Shown here piece by piece: positions 38,846 through 41,569 of a stretch of DNA of 41,569 bases. The notes under the pieces were generated by a model that was given only the letters and a program-made list of their open reading frames with translations, searched no databases and was not told the origin of the DNA. The stretch lies in contig FLMG01003167.1 of NCBI GenBank assembly GCA_900088475.1, positions 1 to 41,569 on the forward strand, written 5' to 3'. Source of the stretch: Hyphochytrium catenoides. Its lineage: Eukaryota; Protista; Hyphochytriomycota. Each line of letters starts with the position of its first letter. Positions within the stretch are counted from its first letter, which is position 1. The translations under genes were made by a program, and so were the position numbers.

Positions 38846-40243
38846 CATAGGTCGTCGTACGCGTCCAGTACCAGGGGTTCTCCATGGCTTATCGGCTTTA
38901 GCTTGAATATCTTTCTTCTAAGGGTTGGCCGTGTGTAGCTCCTGACGTCATGAGCGAACGGGCTGCTTAGATATGCCAGAAGTTGGGATAATAGAAGGAC
39001 AAAGGACTCAAAATCCAACCCAATCAGCACATAATACCTGGAGTCTGCAACCGAAACCGTCGTGGTCATATCTTTCCTTCTGATTGCCTGGCCATGGTCT
39101 CCAGACACTTTGTGGAGGGCAGCTTCCTTGCCATTACTGCTGTCATTTGCTGCCGCCGCCGAAGCAGACCCGGTGTATGGTACGTAATAACAACGTCCTT
39201 CTTTAGTTCCCCACGCTGTCTGTCCTCCTATCTCCTCAATCATGAGTGGCCATTTCACGACGTTAAACCGCAGCGCACCGCCTTGCACTGCACGTTTGTG
39301 GGCCATGACGATGTACCTCTTGAAATGCCTCATAAGGATAATGGACATGACAAGCATACAATCTGCAGCTACCAGCCAGGGCCGAATAGGCACTCGCAGC
39401 AGAGTGAACTCGGTGTTCTCTATGCCCTCAAAAGCTCCCATATAAAATAAGCTTGCGACCCTGGAGATAGATGACGAGTTATAAGCCTGTGTAGCCTATT
39501 CGCTCACTCCTCGACGATGGTTTAGCAAAGCATATGTAGGACAAAGCAAAGGGAGGGATATCATCCTGACCCCCAAAAGGCAGCTAAGCGGGGAAAAGAC
39601 TGCAAGAAGAACAGCCTATCTTACCATAAAAGTCCCAAGACACAAAAGAAAGAGCCCTGTATGACCATGAAGACGAAGACCTTGGAGGACAGCATTTGCG
39701 GAAGCAGGTCTGCTGCCAACGCCCCGGATATTCCCGCAAGGCAAAAGACCATATACGAAGCTGCCCGTGCATGGTTTCCCCTGGAAATATTCCAATAGAC
39801 AAAGAGAAGCATCGGAGGGAGAGACTCTAACACCAGGAACCACCCTTCGAACTGCGAAAACATCTTGTGAAGAAGATGCATGTGAAGNNNNNNNNNNNNN
39901 NNNNNNNNNNNNNNNNNNNNNNNNNNNNNNNNNNNNNNNNNNNNAGGAAAAAGTTGATCACGCCCAAGGTAAGTGCCAACCAGCAAGAGACGCCGTACGC
40001 CCGGGACTTTCGAAGCTTTCTATAAAAAGTCATAACTTGGACTGAGAAGAATGCGGTTGCAGCAGTGTCCTTTGCATCGAGCTCGTCAGGAAAGTAAGCA
40101 GGGACGGCTTTTAATGTCCAATACCGCGGAAGGTCAGCCCCGTGGGTGGCGCATGGTGTTGTTATCCTATCACCGCCCCTTGGTGCCGTTGCTTCTTTTT
40201 CTTCCTCAATCTCACCTCCCGCATCGGCCCCAATCTCACCCAT
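38791..40243 (-). pseudogene. 3'-truncated paralog D of the 6+6 TM family (first 6-TM half only), fused to the inverted-repeat arm
   Basis: Exons 40243-39625 (contains the N gap), 39460-39038 and 38941-~38846, with the same phase-2 introns as A-C. Family similarity stops after ...KIFKLKP...PLVLDAYDDLW. The frame then reads 17 codons of repeat-derived sequence (AREREGRKTRKEKESDG) to TAG at 38793-38791. It could also be an expressed half-protein. Confidence 0.8.
39888..39944. other. Assembly gap (57 N) inside paralog D exon 1
   Basis: Run of N. Alignment to paralog C suggests about 105 nt are actually missing. Confidence 1.
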
Positions 40244-40793
40244 AATGGGTTGCTCTTTACCGATACACGTGGTGTTATTATGCTGCAGAAGAAGAGCCGC
40301 AGCATCTGGTCCCTCAACGTCACCTTCTTAGGGCGTTTTTAGGTGTTGGGTCCATGATGACTGTACTCGTCAGTCCAGTGACCTGAGAGCGATGACTGAA
40401 CCAGTAGTCCATCTGCGGGGTACCTCTTAACTAGACTTGGAAAGCCGTCTTCAGCGCCAAACTCCATGCATTCTGATGAATGTTTCCTTGCCTGTAGCTC
40501 TAGAAGAAAATGGGAGAACGCCTTCCACGCCTGGGAAGTGCCAGAAGGGACCTAGGTTGTACTCGCCGCCGTGCTACTGTCTGTCAAACCTCCAGAGAGA
40601 GGGCGGAGAAGTTATGGGGGAGTCAGCGGCAGGAAGAGCGTGCAGCCCGTAGCAGGCAGGAGGGATGGACGGCATGGCATTTCACGGAGGAGAGATGAAG
40701 AAGGTGCGAGAGAGAAGAAGAAAGATTGAGAGAGAAAGAGAGTGGAGAAAGAGAAAGTGTCTTTGATGGGACAATGAGAGTTAAAGAGAGAGA

Positions 40794-41569
40794 GGCGCGG
40801 GAGAGAGAAGGGCGCAAGACGAGGAAGGAGAAAGATAGTGATGGTTAGAGCTTTGGAAGAGGGAAAAGAGAGGGTTCCAACGTGTAACGCCCCACAGCCA
40901 CTCCAAATCAATTATCCTAGATAACTGAGCTCGAGATCTGGAATATGGATTTTTGTGTGTTATAAATGCCGGATACGTGTATATTGGTCCTTTATCTGTC
41001 AGCAGCGGGATAGTGAGAGCGAAAGGAAAGAGCTCCCGTCAACCAGATGACGATAGACTTATGGGCCCAACCTCTGCTACAGAGGAGGGAGGAGGCAGGA
41101 GCAGAGAGCTTGGAAGAAGAAGGGAGACGAGGAGAGACGACAGAGATGAGGAAAGAGGAGAGGAGAGAGGAGAGGAAAGAGACAAGAGGAGAGGAAAAGG
41201 GAAAGAGGAAAGAGGAGAGGAGGAAAGAGGGGAGAGAGGATCACAAGAGGGAGCCACGATGGCAGCCTGATAGAACGATGGAAGGAGATCAGGTGACTCA
41301 TGACCCAGAACCGAGTGCCTGGCGAAGGACCTTCCCATCCTTGCTGGCCCGGCAACTCTGTTCGACCTCCGCAGCTCATTCCCCATGCTCTTAATGTAAG
41401 TACTAGGAACATCCCATGCAGTTGTCTGCACCATAGGAATCGGATGCCTGTCCCTATCGGTTGTTCCTCTGTCGCTAGACGACAGAAGTATGGCTCAGGA
41501 TACCCTGTTGTTCTGCAGCTGGTGAGTCCAGTCGCAGCAGAAGATAGATGGACTATTACTGTCCGTCTT
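40794..41569 (-). repeat. Right arm of the long inverted repeat, upstream of paralog D, probably continuing past the window edge
   Basis: GGCGCGGGAGAGAGAAGGGCGCAAGACGAGG... at 40794 is the reverse complement of the sequence ending at 38845. The window end ...TATTACTGTCCGTCTT matches 38072 onward. Confidence 0.95.

Noticed and set aside
39827-39986. Apparent frameshift in paralog D exon 1
   Set aside because: The frame change falls across an N gap whose length is an estimate. Alignment to paralog C implies the gap is undersized, so this is not evidence of decay.
1-41569. Alternative genetic code, non-canonical introns, tRNA/rRNA genes or prokaryotic operon/defence system
   Set aside because: All traced genes read in the standard code, end in TAA, TAG or TGA and use GT-AG introns (occasionally AAG acceptors). 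No structural RNA or prokaryotic gene organisation was recognised by eye.

Overview
Intron-rich eukaryotic genomic DNA, probably from a protist; the organism cannot be identified from the sequence. It has GT-AG introns of about 60-470 nt with CT-rich tracts and CTRAC-like branch points, and two N gaps. The left ~23 kb holds conserved-looking genes: a roughly 30-exon glycine-rich/Cys-rich membrane protein (1737-13222), a MYND zinc-finger protein the ORF track misses (13917-15689, minus), splicing factor SPF45/RBM17 (16346-18944) and HIS6 (20761-22698). The right ~18.5 kb looks like an accessory region dominated by four diverged paralogs (A-D) of an unrecognised polytopic membrane protein. The three complete copies have a 6TM+6TM internal duplication and three conserved phase-2 introns. 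The cluster also holds an intronless ankyrin gene and a 3x ~90-bp minisatellite. Paralog D is cut off in exon 3 and sits between two similar but not identical inverted repeats of at least 774 bp. This resembles a Pack-TE-like captured gene fragment, an invertible cassette or a dsRNA-producing locus. Exon boundaries were traced by eye and no database searches were run.
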